Assembly: GCA_017394405.1 (NCBI GenBank) | Contig: JAFPYW010000020.1 | Span: forward strand, 1-50,932 | DNA: 50,932 bases | Source of the DNA: Alphaproteobacteria bacterium | Lineage (GTDB): Bacteria > Pseudomonadota > Alphaproteobacteria > CAAHEQ01 > UBA3637 | Reading direction: 5' to 3' | In this document: piece after piece, positions 35,056-44,999 of the stretch | How positions within the stretch are numbered: position 1 is the first letter of the stretch | How the letters are laid out: each line of letters starts with the position of its first letter | Made by a program: the position numbers and the translations under genes | The notes under the pieces: model-generated | What the model was told of the DNA's origin: nothing | The model's input: only the letters and a program-made list of their open reading frames with translations | Database searches by the model: none

Positions 35056-37694
35056 AAATTGTAGATAAGTACATTTTCCGGCAAACATTGGTGGGGTTTT
35101 TAACCCTACTGATCAGCCTAACCATTTTAATTTGGCTGACACAATCTTTGCGTATGATTGACATGATTGTCACCAAAGGCGTATCCGTCGGTGTCTTTTT
35201 GAAAATGACCTTATTGGTGTTGCCAAATTTTTTACAAATCTTATCTCCGCTAGCTTTATTTGGCGTTGCTTTATTTGTTTTTATTCGGATGCAAGCCGAT
35301 AAAGAATTGATTGTCCTAAAGGCTGTCGGAATGAACAGCCGACAATTGATTCGCCCCTTGTTTTTGTTGGGCGTTGTGTTAGTCGCGTTCGGATATATGC
35401 TGACATTATGGGTTATTCCGAAATCATACGCTCATATGCGACAAATGCGCTGGACCATTCAAAATGATTTATCCCATTTATTGTTGCAGGAAGGACAATT
35501 CAACTCTTTCAAAAATGGCACAACTTTGTATATCAAGGAACGTGATAGCGAAGGAAAAGCAAAAGGTATTTTGGCGTATGAAATTAAAAAAGACAAACGT
35601 TCCGTGTTGATTGCCGATGAAGGAAGTATGATTCAAACGCCAGAAGGAATTAGTTTAACTTTTAACAATGGCACACGCCAAGAATTCACTCCTTCCACCC
35701 ACCAATTTTCTGTTTTGAAATTCCAAAAACACACAATGTTATTTGCCGACAAACCCGGGAAATCATCCCGCAAATTGGATCAACGGGAAATGTCGTTGGG
35801 CAAATTGTTAAAAGCAAAAAAAGACGATATCAAAGACGCGCCGACATATCGGAAATATAAAGTAGAAGCATTCAAACGTTTGACTCAACCGCTGTATAAT
35901 TTATTGTTTTTGTGGTTAGCGGCCTTTGGTGTTTTAAGCGGATTTTATAATCGACGCGGACAATCCAAACAAATCAATGCTGTTGTGATAGCCGCTTTAT
36001 TGATTCAATCTATGGCCTTGGCGTTTGAAAATATTGCCGCCAGAAATTTGTGGGGCTTGACGCTGATGGGGCTAAATCTATTTGTTCCGCTGATGATTTT
36101 GTATGTTGTTTTGTTCAAAGAAAAGAAAATCGGTTGGATCCATTTGGTGGCTTTGTTCGGTGTTTTGAGTGTCGTCAGTCCAGCGGGAGCTGTTCCAAAA
36201 ATCAACACAGATAATTTTAATGCAAAAGCACCTATTGATTTTGAAGCCGATGATATGGATTACAACTTGAAAACGGGTATTTTGACTGCAAAAGGAAATG
36301 TCGTTGTAAAGCAAAACGGCATTGTCATGAAAACCGATAAAATTTTGTACAACAAAGAACAACAAAAAGTTGATATTCCCAATAAAGTGCATATGACTTT
36401 GCCAGACGGGACAAAATCTTCTGTTCAAAGTATGCAATTATTTCCACAAAAATCTGAGGCCGAAGCACAAACATTTGCGGGACAATTCGCAGATGGCAGC
36501 AATTTATCCGCCAAAGATATTTTGAGCACACAAGAAGGTGATATTATCATTATGCATAATGCCTCCTATACACCATGCGATTTATGCGAAGGAAAATCTG
36601 CATTGTGGCAAATATCTGCCCAACAAATTACTCAAGATTTTACTGATCATACTTTGTCGTACAAACACATGTCATTGGATATCAAAGATATACCTGTTTT
36701 GTATTTCCCGTATTTTCAAATGCCCGACTTTACCATCAAACGCAAAACTGGTTTTTTGAACCCCAGTTTCAGACATAATCACGAAATGGGTTTTTCTGTG
36801 GAAACGCCGTTTTTTGTGAATTTAGCCGACAATCAAAATTTATTGTTCACCCCCATTATTTCCGTGGAACATGTTCCGTTGGGCATCATAGATTATAACG
36901 CCCGGTTCACACGTGGTGTCGTCAATTTACAATTGAGTGGAACCCAAGATGATCACAGCACAAATGAAGGCCATATAAAAGGTGATTTCAGGTATGATGT
37001 GACAGATCACATTCGCTTGACTGGCCAATATTTCCGAACAACAAACGATACCTATTTTCGCCGGTACGATATTCCAAACATTGACGATTCAGAATCATTC
37101 TTGCAATCTCATTTGACGGGCGAATACTTTGGCACTCGATTTTATACAAAATTAAAAACATGGCATTTTCAAAGTTTACTTGATGGTGTTAGTAGCAGAT
37201 CTATTCCGATATTATTACCAACATTAAATATGGATTATGTGACCAAGACATTTGGTAATACAAACATCAGTGCTTTTACCAACATCAACGGGGCCATGTA
37301 TAACACACGTCAGCATTTCAAATCCAATCGTATTTCTTTGACTCAGGGTTTCCAAATGCCCTATATTGCCCCCTTTGGCTTGGTGACACAAACACGCGCC
37401 AGCGTTCGTTTAGACGGTTATGCATTAGATTCTGGCAACAGTACGATGGTTTCCAAACATAATAACGACACCTATAACAAGGGGCGTTTTTATCCTGTTG
37501 CTTCCACGAAATTCAGTTATCCTTTGGTGGCACAAACAGAAAAAACAATGCAAATTTTGGAACCGATTGCCATGTTGGTTGTTTCTCCTAACACCAAAAA
37601 TGCTGACGACATCCCAAACATTGATAGTACTGTTTTTGATTTTGATGACATCAATTTGTTTTCCGAAAACCGGTTTGCCGGATATGAAGTGTAG
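35052..37694 (+). CDS. LptF/LptG-family LPS export permease (aa 1-~358) fused in-frame to LptD (signal peptide, OstA N-domain and most of the barrel)
   Basis: KYIFRQTLVGFLTLLISL...LPNFLQILSPLALF...KELIVLKAVGMN is the YjgP/YjgQ permease pattern. With no intervening stop, it continues as FKEKKIGWIHLVALFGVLSVVSPAGA (signal-peptide-like), then IDFEADDMDYNLKTGILTAKGNVVVKQNGIVMKTDKILY (OstA/LptD N-domain), then LptD barrel sequence. The ORF ends at the TAG at 37692-37694, inside the conserved NRF-G-x-[DE]-R-V-E block. Confidence 0.7.
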   Translation: MKIVDKYIFRQTLVGFLTLLISLTILIWLTQSLRMIDMIVTKGVSVGVFLKMTLLVLPNFLQILSPLALFGVALFVFIRMQADKELIVLKAVGMNSRQLIRPLFLLGVVLVAFGYMLTLWVIPKSYAHMRQMRWTIQNDLSHLLLQEGQFNSFKNGTTLYIKERDSEGKAKGILAYEIKKDKRSVLIADEGSMIQTPEGISLTFNNGTRQEFTPSTHQFSVLKFQKHTMLFADKPGKSSRKLDQREMSLGKLLKAKKDDIKDAPTYRKYKVEAFKRLTQPLYNLLFLWLAAFGVLSGFYNRRGQSKQINAVVIAALLIQSMALAFENIAARNLWGLTLMGLNLFVPLMILYVVLFKEKKIGWIHLVALFGVLSVVSPAGAVPKINTDNFNAKAPIDFEADDMDYNLKTGILTAKGNVVVKQNGIVMKTDKILYNKEQQKVDIPNKVHMTLPDGTKSSVQSMQLFPQKSEAEAQTFAGQFADGSNLSAKDILSTQEGDIIIMHNASYTPCDLCEGKSALWQISAQQITQDFTDHTLSYKHMSLDIKDIPVLYFPYFQMPDFTIKRKTGFLNPSFRHNHEMGFSVETPFFVNLADNQNLLFTPIISVEHVPLGIIDYNARFTRGVVNLQLSGTQDDHSTNEGHIKGDFRYDVTDHIRLTGQYFRTTNDTYFRRYDIPNIDDSESFLQSHLTGEYFGTRFYTKLKTWHFQSLLDGVSSRSIPILLPTLNMDYVTKTFGNTNISAFTNINGAMYNTRQHFKSNRISLTQGFQMPYIAPFGLVTQTRASVRLDGYALDSGNSTMVSKHNNDTYNKGRFYPVASTKFSYPLVAQTEKTMQILEPIAMLVVSPNTKNADDIPNIDSTVFDFDDINLFSENRFAGYEV

Positions 37695-38284
37695 AACGTG
37701 GTTCCCGCATCAACTATGGTTTTCAATGGACGGCTTATCATAATGAAGCCCAAAGGCAATCATTCTCATTCTTGTTCGGTCAGGTCTTCCGTTTTTCCAA
37801 AACACAGGAAGTGGATGATGTGATGGGATATCAAGGACACTTATCCGATTTTGTCGGTCGTGCCAGCATGAATTATGAATACTTGAATTTATCTTACCGC
37901 TTCCGTTTGGACAGACAAAATTTAGCCAAACGGCGCAACGATCTCGGTTTATCCCTCGGAGATAATCCGTTGCGGGTGGGTATCAACTATTTATTTCAGG
38001 GCGCATACACTTTGGACAAACAACATTACAATGAACAAAATGAAATTCGTTTTTGGGCTAATTCCAAACTGACGAAAAACTGGCAAATAAGCGGAAATTA
38101 CCGGTACGATCTAAAAAAACATGGCGGCCCTATTGAATATGAATTGCAATTGCGCTATGATAATGAATGCACCGCGGTTGTGTTTGGGTTAGACAAGTCA
38201 TTTGCCCGAGACCGCAATTATAAAGGAAGTACATCCTTTGTTCTGAAAGTCTTTTTGAAAACATTAGGAGGAGTTGGCGAGTGA
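37688..38284 (+). pseudogene. lptD: 3' part of lptD displaced into another reading frame (frameshift at ~37689)
   Basis: The frame that opens at 37688 reads SVERGSRINYGFQWTAYH...FGQVFRFSKTQ...LRYDNECTAVVFGLDKSF, which continues the LptD C-terminus interrupted at ..ENRFAGYEV*. One extra base after gaa (37686-88) would give GYE-RVERGSRINYG. Confidence 0.6.
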
Positions 38285-39171
38285 AATACCTGATTGTACT
38301 TTTAACGATTTTACTGACCGGATCTGTGCATGCGATGGAATTAAAAGCAACAGTGAATGATCAACCAATTTCTGATTTAGATGTCAAAAACTGGGTTGCT
38401 TTATTGAAAATGCAACAACCTCAAAAATATGACTATATGAGCAAGAAAAAATTGTATGATGCCGCATTGGACGCCATTATTGAATCGCGTATAAAAAAGG
38501 AAACAGCAACAGCCGCCGGCAAAAAAATTACACAAAAAGATATCCAAGATGCAAAAGCCCATTTGGAACAACAAAACCATCTTCCAGCCGGCGGTTTGAG
38601 TTCCATGTTGAAAAAAAATGCTGTCAGCGAAAAAACATTGACCGAACAAATTGAAGCCGATTTATTGTGGTTACATTATTTAAGGGAACAAGCCGGCGAC
38701 TTAAATGTATCAGATTTGGCCGTATCAAAACGCTATAATGCAATGAAACAGAATTTGAAAAAACAAGGCATTACCGGCGATTCCGTGTTGTTGTGGGAAA
38801 TGGCACAAGGCGTTTTACCGGAAAATGTAGATGTTTCCACCACTTTACAATCAAAAAGTTGCGATGCGTTTTTGGAACACATTAAAATCGGACCTTATCC
38901 TGAATCGGCTCAACGCGGTTGGACAGACCCGAACCAATTCCCGATTGAAATGCGTGATTTATTAAAAGATGTTGCTGTGGGGGACACCGTAGGACCCTTA
39001 CGCACACCGAAAGGATTGTTGATGATGATGAAATGTAATGTCCATTCTCAACAAGTCATGCCCTCAAAAGACCAATTAAAAATGCAAATGGAAATGGAAC
39101 AATTAGATGTGCTTTCCAAACGATTACTGGCTGAAGCAACCCGAAAAGCCATTATTGAAAAAAAGGAATAG
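38281..39171 (+). CDS. surA: SurA-like periplasmic chaperone / peptidyl-prolyl isomerase
   Basis: The GTG start overlaps the lptD stop (GTGA). Signal peptide MKYLIVLLTILLTGSVHA, a SurA_N-like helical region (ATVNDQPISDLDV...), and a weak parvulin-like end (VGDTVGPLRTPKGLLMMMKC). It follows lptD as in alphaproteobacteria. Confidence 0.65.
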   Translation: MKYLIVLLTILLTGSVHAMELKATVNDQPISDLDVKNWVALLKMQQPQKYDYMSKKKLYDAALDAIIESRIKKETATAAGKKITQKDIQDAKAHLEQQNHLPAGGLSSMLKKNAVSEKTLTEQIEADLLWLHYLREQAGDLNVSDLAVSKRYNAMKQNLKKQGITGDSVLLWEMAQGVLPENVDVSTTLQSKSCDAFLEHIKIGPYPESAQRGWTDPNQFPIEMRDLLKDVAVGDTVGPLRTPKGLLMMMKCNVHSQQVMPSKDQLKMQMEMEQLDVLSKRLLAEATRKAIIEKKE

Positions 39172-39173
39172 AT

Positions 39174-40010
39174 ATGGAAACAATTCGTTTAGATGGCCGT
39201 GTTTTGGCTGGACATATTCAACACCAGCTACGAACTGAGGTGATGAATTTGCCTCACAAACCACATTTGGCTGTTGTGGTGGTGGGTGAAAATCCTGCCA
39301 GCACTTTATATATCAATATGAAAACAAAGGCAGCGGATATTGTCGGGATTCAAACATCCGTGCATACTTTACCGGCACAAATCACCACACAGGAAATTAT
39401 TGCATTTGTAGAAAATTTGAACCACGATTCCTTGATTGATGGTATTTTGGTTCAGTTACCTTTGCCTAAAAACATTGATACCAACATGGTTATTGAGGCC
39501 ATTGATCCAAAAAAAGACGCCGATGGTTTGACCAGCAAAAATCAAGGGGGGCTCATGACCGGCTATCCGACATTATTGCCTTGTACGCCGCTCGGATGCT
39601 TACGTCTGATTCAACAGGCCAAAGCTGATTTGGGTGGCTTGAATGCTGTTGTGGTTGGGCGTTCACGGCTTGTCGGTCGTCCGATGGCACAACTATTGTT
39701 AAATGAAAACTGCACCGTGGCACAAGCCCACTCCTATACAAAAAATTTGGCAGATTTATGTTCCCGCGCCGATATTTTGGTTTCAGCAACAGGCGTCCGC
39801 GGTTTGATTAAACGCGAATTTGTCAAGCCCGGTGCGATTGTGATTGATGTCGGTATTTCTAAGACAGAAGAAGGACAAATTGCTGGCGATGTAGATAGCG
39901 GTGTTTGGGGTGTAGCTGGATGGCTGACGCCCGTTCCCGGAGGCGTTGGACCAATGACGGTTGCAATGCTGATGTCAAATATGGTCAATATCGTCAAAAA
40001 CAAATCATAG
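39174..40010 (+). CDS. folD: bifunctional methylenetetrahydrofolate dehydrogenase/cyclohydrolase
   Basis: LAVVVVGENPASTLYINMKTKA, DGILVQLPLP, DPKKDADG, CTP.GC, VVVGRSRLVGRPMAQLL and TPVPGGVGPMTVAML. Confidence 0.9.
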   Translation: METIRLDGRVLAGHIQHQLRTEVMNLPHKPHLAVVVVGENPASTLYINMKTKAADIVGIQTSVHTLPAQITTQEIIAFVENLNHDSLIDGILVQLPLPKNIDTNMVIEAIDPKKDADGLTSKNQGGLMTGYPTLLPCTPLGCLRLIQQAKADLGGLNAVVVGRSRLVGRPMAQLLLNENCTVAQAHSYTKNLADLCSRADILVSATGVRGLIKREFVKPGAIVIDVGISKTEEGQIAGDVDSGVWGVAGWLTPVPGGVGPMTVAMLMSNMVNIVKNKS

Positions 40011-40013
40011 CCC

Positions 40014-41135
40014 ATGGATTTTGAAAAATTTTTAACCGAACCGTTTGTTAAAATAATCCTCAGCAATAAAAAGGATAAATCTTATGCTTACAACAAAGCG
40101 GTCGTTGAACCCGTGATATTGAAGAACAAATCGGTATGGCAAATAACATCCTATACAAATAAGCAGGCCTTTCATGAAAATTTGCCCGACTTAAAATCTG
40201 TGCAAGACCGAATCAAAAACCTGTTCGGCAATCATTACAAACAATTGAATATCTTGGGGATCACACAAGATACGGAAATAAAACTCAGCAAGCGCGACAA
40301 AGTGATGGAAAGCCACCACAACCACCCACCCAAACAAACCGATTCCAAAACACATAATCGCACCAAAAATTATTTGATTGCTGAAAATCAAAAAATTCCT
40401 GCGCTGATTGACATGGGTGTTATGACAAAAGAAGGAAAAATCATTCATGCGCAAATGGACAAATTCCGCCAAATCAATCGCTTTTTGGAAATCATAGATG
40501 ACACCTTAAAAACATGGAAGAAAAAAGAAATTACCGTCGTTGATTTTGGGTGTGGAAAATCATATCTGACCTTTTTGACATATTATTATTTGACCAAAAT
40601 AAAGGGATTAAATGCTCATGTGATCGGCTTGGACCTAAAAGAAGAAGTCATTGAAAAATGCAACATCGTGGCTGAAAAATATGGCTATAAAAATCTGCAT
40701 TTTGAAATCGGAAACATTGCGGGATACAGACCAAAAACAAATGTTGACATGGTGATTTCCCTGCATGCGTGCGATACCGCCACAGATTATGCCTTATACA
40801 ATGCCGTTCAATGGAATGTGCCGATTATTTTGTCCGTCCCGTGTTGCCAACATGAAGTCAATGCACAAATGAAAAATGTCTGGCCCCTGATTACCAAATA
40901 TGGCATTTTCAAGGAAAGATTCAGCGCTTTATTGACCGACGCGATGCGGGCCGATTTGCTGGAATCTTGCGGTTATTCCGTTCAGATTTTAGAATTCATT
41001 GATTTTGCTCATACGCCCAAAAATTTACTGATTCGCGCCATTAAAACCGGAAAGAAATCCGGAGCAGAACAAACACAAAAGGCCTGTGATCAATTCAAAA
41101 TCGCCCCAACTTTGCCAAAACTTTTGAAAAAATAA
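40014..41135 (+). CDS. class I SAM-dependent methyltransferase (Methyltransf_32/RRNAD1-like)
   Basis: VVDFGCGKSYLTF (motif I), GLDLKEE, and ISLHACDTATDYAL, typical of this family. Confidence 0.55.
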   Translation: MDFEKFLTEPFVKIILSNKKDKSYAYNKAVVEPVILKNKSVWQITSYTNKQAFHENLPDLKSVQDRIKNLFGNHYKQLNILGITQDTEIKLSKRDKVMESHHNHPPKQTDSKTHNRTKNYLIAENQKIPALIDMGVMTKEGKIIHAQMDKFRQINRFLEIIDDTLKTWKKKEITVVDFGCGKSYLTFLTYYYLTKIKGLNAHVIGLDLKEEVIEKCNIVAEKYGYKNLHFEIGNIAGYRPKTNVDMVISLHACDTATDYALYNAVQWNVPIILSVPCCQHEVNAQMKNVWPLITKYGIFKERFSALLTDAMRADLLESCGYSVQILEFIDFAHTPKNLLIRAIKTGKKSGAEQTQKACDQFKIAPTLPKLLKK

Positions 41136-41606
41136 TTATTCTTTATTTATAAATTCAGATGGCACAATACCATCTTTTAACACAATCATATAATGAGGAA
41201 TTTTGGTAAAGAAAAATCCATTACCCACTTTTTCCCATGGCAATTTTTCATTCCACATGATTTTTGATGACGGAATTTTTTTGATATTTTTACCATCGAT
41301 TCGATAGATGCTTTCAACCAATCGTGCGTTTTTCAAATCATCAAAATTGACTCTATATAAAATGCGATCCTTTTTGAAATCTTTATAAAAACAACATTCT
41401 TTTGTCATTGGGCTTGTTAAAAAAGAAATCGCCCGACTGCGCCCAGGAAAAATGCTTTCCAAATAGGCTAACACACCTTTTTTTGTGTGGCTTTTTGCAC
41501 GTCCAAAGTAATGGGTAAGTGACTCGCGTGGGGCCACCGCCGGCGCCCAAAGCCCCGTTGTCAAAACATCAACTTCCTTTGGCACATAGTTGTAAAGTTT
41601 ATGCAT
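41136..41606 (-). CDS. hypothetical protein, unknown family (paralog of 230..778)
   Basis: 156-aa ORF. Its ATG (41604-41606) overlaps the lepA TAA (41606-41608) by 1 nt (TAATG). Shared blocks with the ORF at 230..778 are listed there. Confidence 0.6.
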   Translation of the reverse strand: MHKLYNYVPKEVDVLTTGLWAPAVAPRESLTHYFGRAKSHTKKGVLAYLESIFPGRSRAISFLTSPMTKECCFYKDFKKDRILYRVNFDDLKNARLVESIYRIDGKNIKKIPSSKIMWNEKLPWEKVGNGFFFTKIPHYMIVLKDGIVPSEFINKE

Positions 41607-43393
41607 TATTCTTCCCCGATTTTAAGGGCTTCGATAAAGGCATTTTGTGGGATTTCCACCTCACCAAATTGGCGCATACGCTTTTTACCCTCTTTTTGCT
41701 TTTCAAGCAGTTTGCGCTTACGCGTAATATCACCGCCATAACATTTCGCCGTCACATCTTTACGGTAGGCAGAAATATCTTCACGAGCGATAATTTTGCC
41801 CCCAATACTAGCCTGAATCGGAATCTTGAATTGATGGCGCGGAATCAGATCTTTCAAGCGCGCACAAATTTGCCGACCACGCCGTTCGGCCTGTGACCGG
41901 TGAACTAAAAACGCCAACGCATCCACCTGCTCCCCATGCACTAAGATGTTGACACGAACAAGATCACTTTCGCGGTAATCATCCACTTCGTAATCAAAAC
42001 TGGCATAGCCCCGTGAAATAGATTTCAACCGATCATAAAAATCAAATACAATTTCGTTTAGCGGCAACCGATACACCGCCATCGCACGATTACCAACATA
42101 GGTTAAATCCAATTGTTCGCCACGGCGTTCCGTGCAAAGTTGCAAAATGCTGCCCAAATACTCATCCGGGGTTAAAATCGTGGCCTTTACCCATGGTTCT
42201 TCAATCTTGCGGATTGTCGTCACATCCGGCATGTCGGCGGGGTTATGCATAACCAACATTTCCCCATTTGTTTTATAAACCTTATACGCCACAGATGGTG
42301 CTGTTGTAATTAGATCTAAATTAAACTCCCGAGATAAACGTTCTTGAATAATTTCCATATGCAAAAGGCCCAAAAAGCCACAGCGGAAACCTTGGCCCAA
42401 CGCCATAGATTTATCCGGTGTAAATTGGAAACTTGCGTCATTTAATTGTAATTTACCAATCGCCTCTTTCAAGTTTTCGTAATCGCTCATATCCACTGGG
42501 AACATTGAACAGAACACAACACTTTGGCTGGGCTTAAAGCCAGGCAACGCTTCTTTACACGGATTTTTTTCGTGCGTAATTGTATCACCCACTTTTGTTT
42601 CGCCAATGGTTTTGACACCACAAATCACAAAGCCCAGTTCGCCGGCCATAATGCTGTCCGAATCTTGCATCTTTGGGGTAAAGTATCCCAAACGTTCCAC
42701 TTTATATGTGGCGCCCGTGGACATAAATTGAATCTGATCATTTTTATGCAAAGCGCCATCCACCACACGCACCAACACCACAATTCCTAAATAAGCATCA
42801 TACCACGAATCCACCAACATGGCTTTTAATGGTGCCTTTGCATCGCCTTTCGGAGCGGGCAAACGATTCACAATTGCATCCAAAACCTCGTCAATACCGA
42901 TACCGGTTTTGGCGGAAATCAATGGAGCACCGGTTGTATCCAAGCCAATCACATCTTCAATTTGTTTTTTCACTTTGTCGGGATCGGCGGCAGGCAAATC
43001 AATTTTGTTGATAACAGGCACAATTTCGTGATTCGCATCTAATGCTTTATACACATTAGCCAACGTTTGCGCTTCCACACCTTGTGTCGCATCCACAACC
43101 AACAAAGAACCTTCACACGCGTGCAAAGAACGGCTAACCTCATAACCAAAATCCACATGCCCCGGGGTATCAATCAAATTCAAAATGTAATCGCCATATT
43201 TAAGGCGCACCGTTTGTGCTTTAATGGTAATCCCGCGTTCGCGCTCAATATCCATATTGTCCAAAATTTGGGCTTTCATTTCACGATCGGACACGGCGCC
43301 GCACTTTTGAATCAAGCGATCCGCCAACGTGGATTTGCCGTGGTCAATATGCGCCACAATGGAAAAATTACGAATATGCGATAAATCAGTCAT
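41606..43393 (-). CDS. lepA: elongation factor 4 (LepA)
   Basis: [21 protein letters not shown] (G1), DTPGHVDF (G3), NKIDLP (G4), and the LepA-specific C-terminal domain (..[24 protein letters not shown]). Confidence 0.95.
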   Translation of the reverse strand: MTDLSHIRNFSIVAHIDHGKSTLADRLIQKCGAVSDREMKAQILDNMDIERERGITIKAQTVRLKYGDYILNLIDTPGHVDFGYEVSRSLHACEGSLLVVDATQGVEAQTLANVYKALDANHEIVPVINKIDLPAADPDKVKKQIEDVIGLDTTGAPLISAKTGIGIDEVLDAIVNRLPAPKGDAKAPLKAMLVDSWYDAYLGIVVLVRVVDGALHKNDQIQFMSTGATYKVERLGYFTPKMQDSDSIMAGELGFVICGVKTIGETKVGDTITHEKNPCKEALPGFKPSQSVVFCSMFPVDMSDYENLKEAIGKLQLNDASFQFTPDKSMALGQGFRCGFLGLLHMEIIQERLSREFNLDLITTAPSVAYKVYKTNGEMLVMHNPADMPDVTTIRKIEEPWVKATILTPDEYLGSILQLCTERRGEQLDLTYVGNRAMAVYRLPLNEIVFDFYDRLKSISRGYASFDYEVDDYRESDLVRVNILVHGEQVDALAFLVHRSQAERRGRQICARLKDLIPRHQFKIPIQASIGGKIIAREDISAYRKDVTAKCYGGDITRKRKLLEKQKEGKKRMRQFGEVEIPQNAFIEALKIGEE

Positions 43394-43437
43394 GGTTTGA
43401 TTATATCGGATTTTATGCGAAAAGGCAAGGTAAAATC

Positions 43438-44031
43438 CTACACATCCCGACGAGACTTAAAGGCCATTTGAATCGTTCCGTCATCCAAATAATCCAACTC
43501 GCCACCCAACGGCACGCCTCGGGAAAGCGTTGTCATTTTGACATGACAATTACTCAATCGATCCACTAAATAATGAACGGTTGTTTGTCCATCCACCGTC
43601 GCCGGCAACGCAAACACCACTTCATCTACGCCACCCGACTGAACGCGTGCAATCAAACTTTGAATGTTCAATTCGTCCGGACCGATCCCGTCCAAAGCCG
43701 ATAAAACGCCACCGAGCACATGATATTGTCCGCGGAACAAATCGGCGTGCTCAAACGCCCACAGGTCTGCCACATCTTGAACCACACAGATTTGATTTTT
43801 ATCTCGTTTCGGATTGGAACAAATATGGCATGGCACTTCTGTATCCAAATTGCCACAAATAGGACATGTTTTGACGTGATCTGCAACGTTTTGCAACGCC
43901 TGGATCAACGGCAACAATTGTGATTCACGTTTGTTCATTAAAAACAACGTCGCCCGACGTGCTGAACGAGGCCCAAACCCCGGCACACGAGAAAGCAATT
44001 GAATCAGTTGTTCTATTTCCGAAACAGCCAT
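43438..44031 (-). CDS. recR: recombination protein RecR
   Basis: [18 protein letters not shown] (HhH), zinc finger C-x-x-C...C-x-x-C ([16 protein letters not shown]), and Toprim ([14 protein letters not shown]). Confidence 0.9.
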   Translation of the reverse strand: MAVSEIEQLIQLLSRVPGFGPRSARRATLFLMNKRESQLLPLIQALQNVADHVKTCPICGNLDTEVPCHICSNPKRDKNQICVVQDVADLWAFEHADLFRGQYHVLGGVLSALDGIGPDELNIQSLIARVQSGGVDEVVFALPATVDGQTTVHYLVDRLSNCHVKMTTLSRGVPLGGELDYLDDGTIQMAFKSRRDV

Positions 44032-44037
44032 GTTTAA

Positions 44038-44361
44038 TTAAAAGGGCAACTTAAATCCGGGCGGCAATCCCAAACCAGCCTGCATTTTTTCCATTTCGCT
44101 GGCCATATAATTATCGATATTGTCCCGAGCATTTGTCAAAGCCACCATCAACAAATCCTCCAATGTTTCCACATCGTTTGGATCAACCACAGACTTATCT
44201 AATTTAACAGACACAGGAACACCTTTGCCGGTCATCACAATTTTCACGGCACCATTAGCGGCTTCTCCTGTAAATTCTTGTTGTTCCATTTTAGATTGCA
44301 AAATGGTCATTTGAGATTGCACTTTTTGAGCTTTTGCCATCAGTTCACCAATATTTTTCAT
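44038..44361 (-). CDS. ybaB: YbaB/EbfC family nucleoid-associated protein
   Basis: 107 aa. MAKAQKVQSQM..Q..M...EFTGEAANGAVKIVMTGKG....VKLD.SVVDPNDVE.LEDL...A.N is the typical YbaB layout. It is upstream of recR, as usual. Confidence 0.85.
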   Translation of the reverse strand: MKNIGELMAKAQKVQSQMTILQSKMEQQEFTGEAANGAVKIVMTGKGVPVSVKLDKSVVDPNDVETLEDLLMVALTNARDNIDNYMASEMEKMQAGLGLPPGFKLPF

Positions 44362-44499
44362 TACAAATTCCTTTCTGTTGATAAATGTATTTTAAGGTTT
44401 TTTTAGAAAATCTGCAACAATTTATTTCAAAATGTCATTTTGTGCTGGACGAGCAAAACAAAATCTGTTATGATATCAAAGAATAAAGGAGCGTCCTTA

Positions 44500-44691
44500 A
44501 TGGAACAGATTAAACAAGCCATCAAGAATTTGGAACAATCAGTTATGCGGTTGGAATCTGCTGTGCATGCGACCAAAAAGAACAATAGTCGCGCCCTAGA
44601 GGAAATTGCAACACTCAAAACAGTTATCCGACAAACGCACGACAGAATTGATCGCGCGCTGACACGCTTTAATCAACAGGAGGAGGCATAA
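44500..44691 (+). CDS. small coiled-coil protein (DUF4164-like, precedes zapA in alphaproteobacteria)
   Basis: MEQIKQAIKNLEQSVMRLESAV...; AAAGGAG RBS; the stop overlaps the zapA start. Assignment is by position and composition. Confidence 0.5.
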   Translation: MEQIKQAIKNLEQSVMRLESAVHATKKNNSRALEEIATLKTVIRQTHDRIDRALTRFNQQEEA

Positions 44692-44999
44692 TGGGTGTTG
44701 TGTCCTTGAAAATTGGTAGTCGTTTTTATAAATTCTCCTGTAATGACGGGCAAGATGCTCACATGCGTGAGTTGGCCGAAAATTTGGATAAACGCGCCGA
44801 ATCTTTAACAAAGTCATTGGGCGTAATGCAAGAAGGTCAATTATTAGCCATGATTTGTTTGTTATTAGCGGAAGAAAAACACAATTTGGAACGCGCAACC
44901 AATGCTCAATTATTAGAACAAACAACAGAGCAAATGGCTCAAAGCATTGAAAATCTGGCGCTCAAAGTCGGAGTTTTGGCCGAAAGTTTAGAACAATGA
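44691..44999 (+). CDS. zapA: cell division protein ZapA
   Basis: VSLKIGSRFYKFSCNDGQDAHMRELAENLDKR... followed by a coiled-coil tail. 102 aa. Confidence 0.7.
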   Translation: MGVVSLKIGSRFYKFSCNDGQDAHMRELAENLDKRAESLTKSLGVMQEGQLLAMICLLLAEEKHNLERATNAQLLEQTTEQMAQSIENLALKVGVLAESLEQ

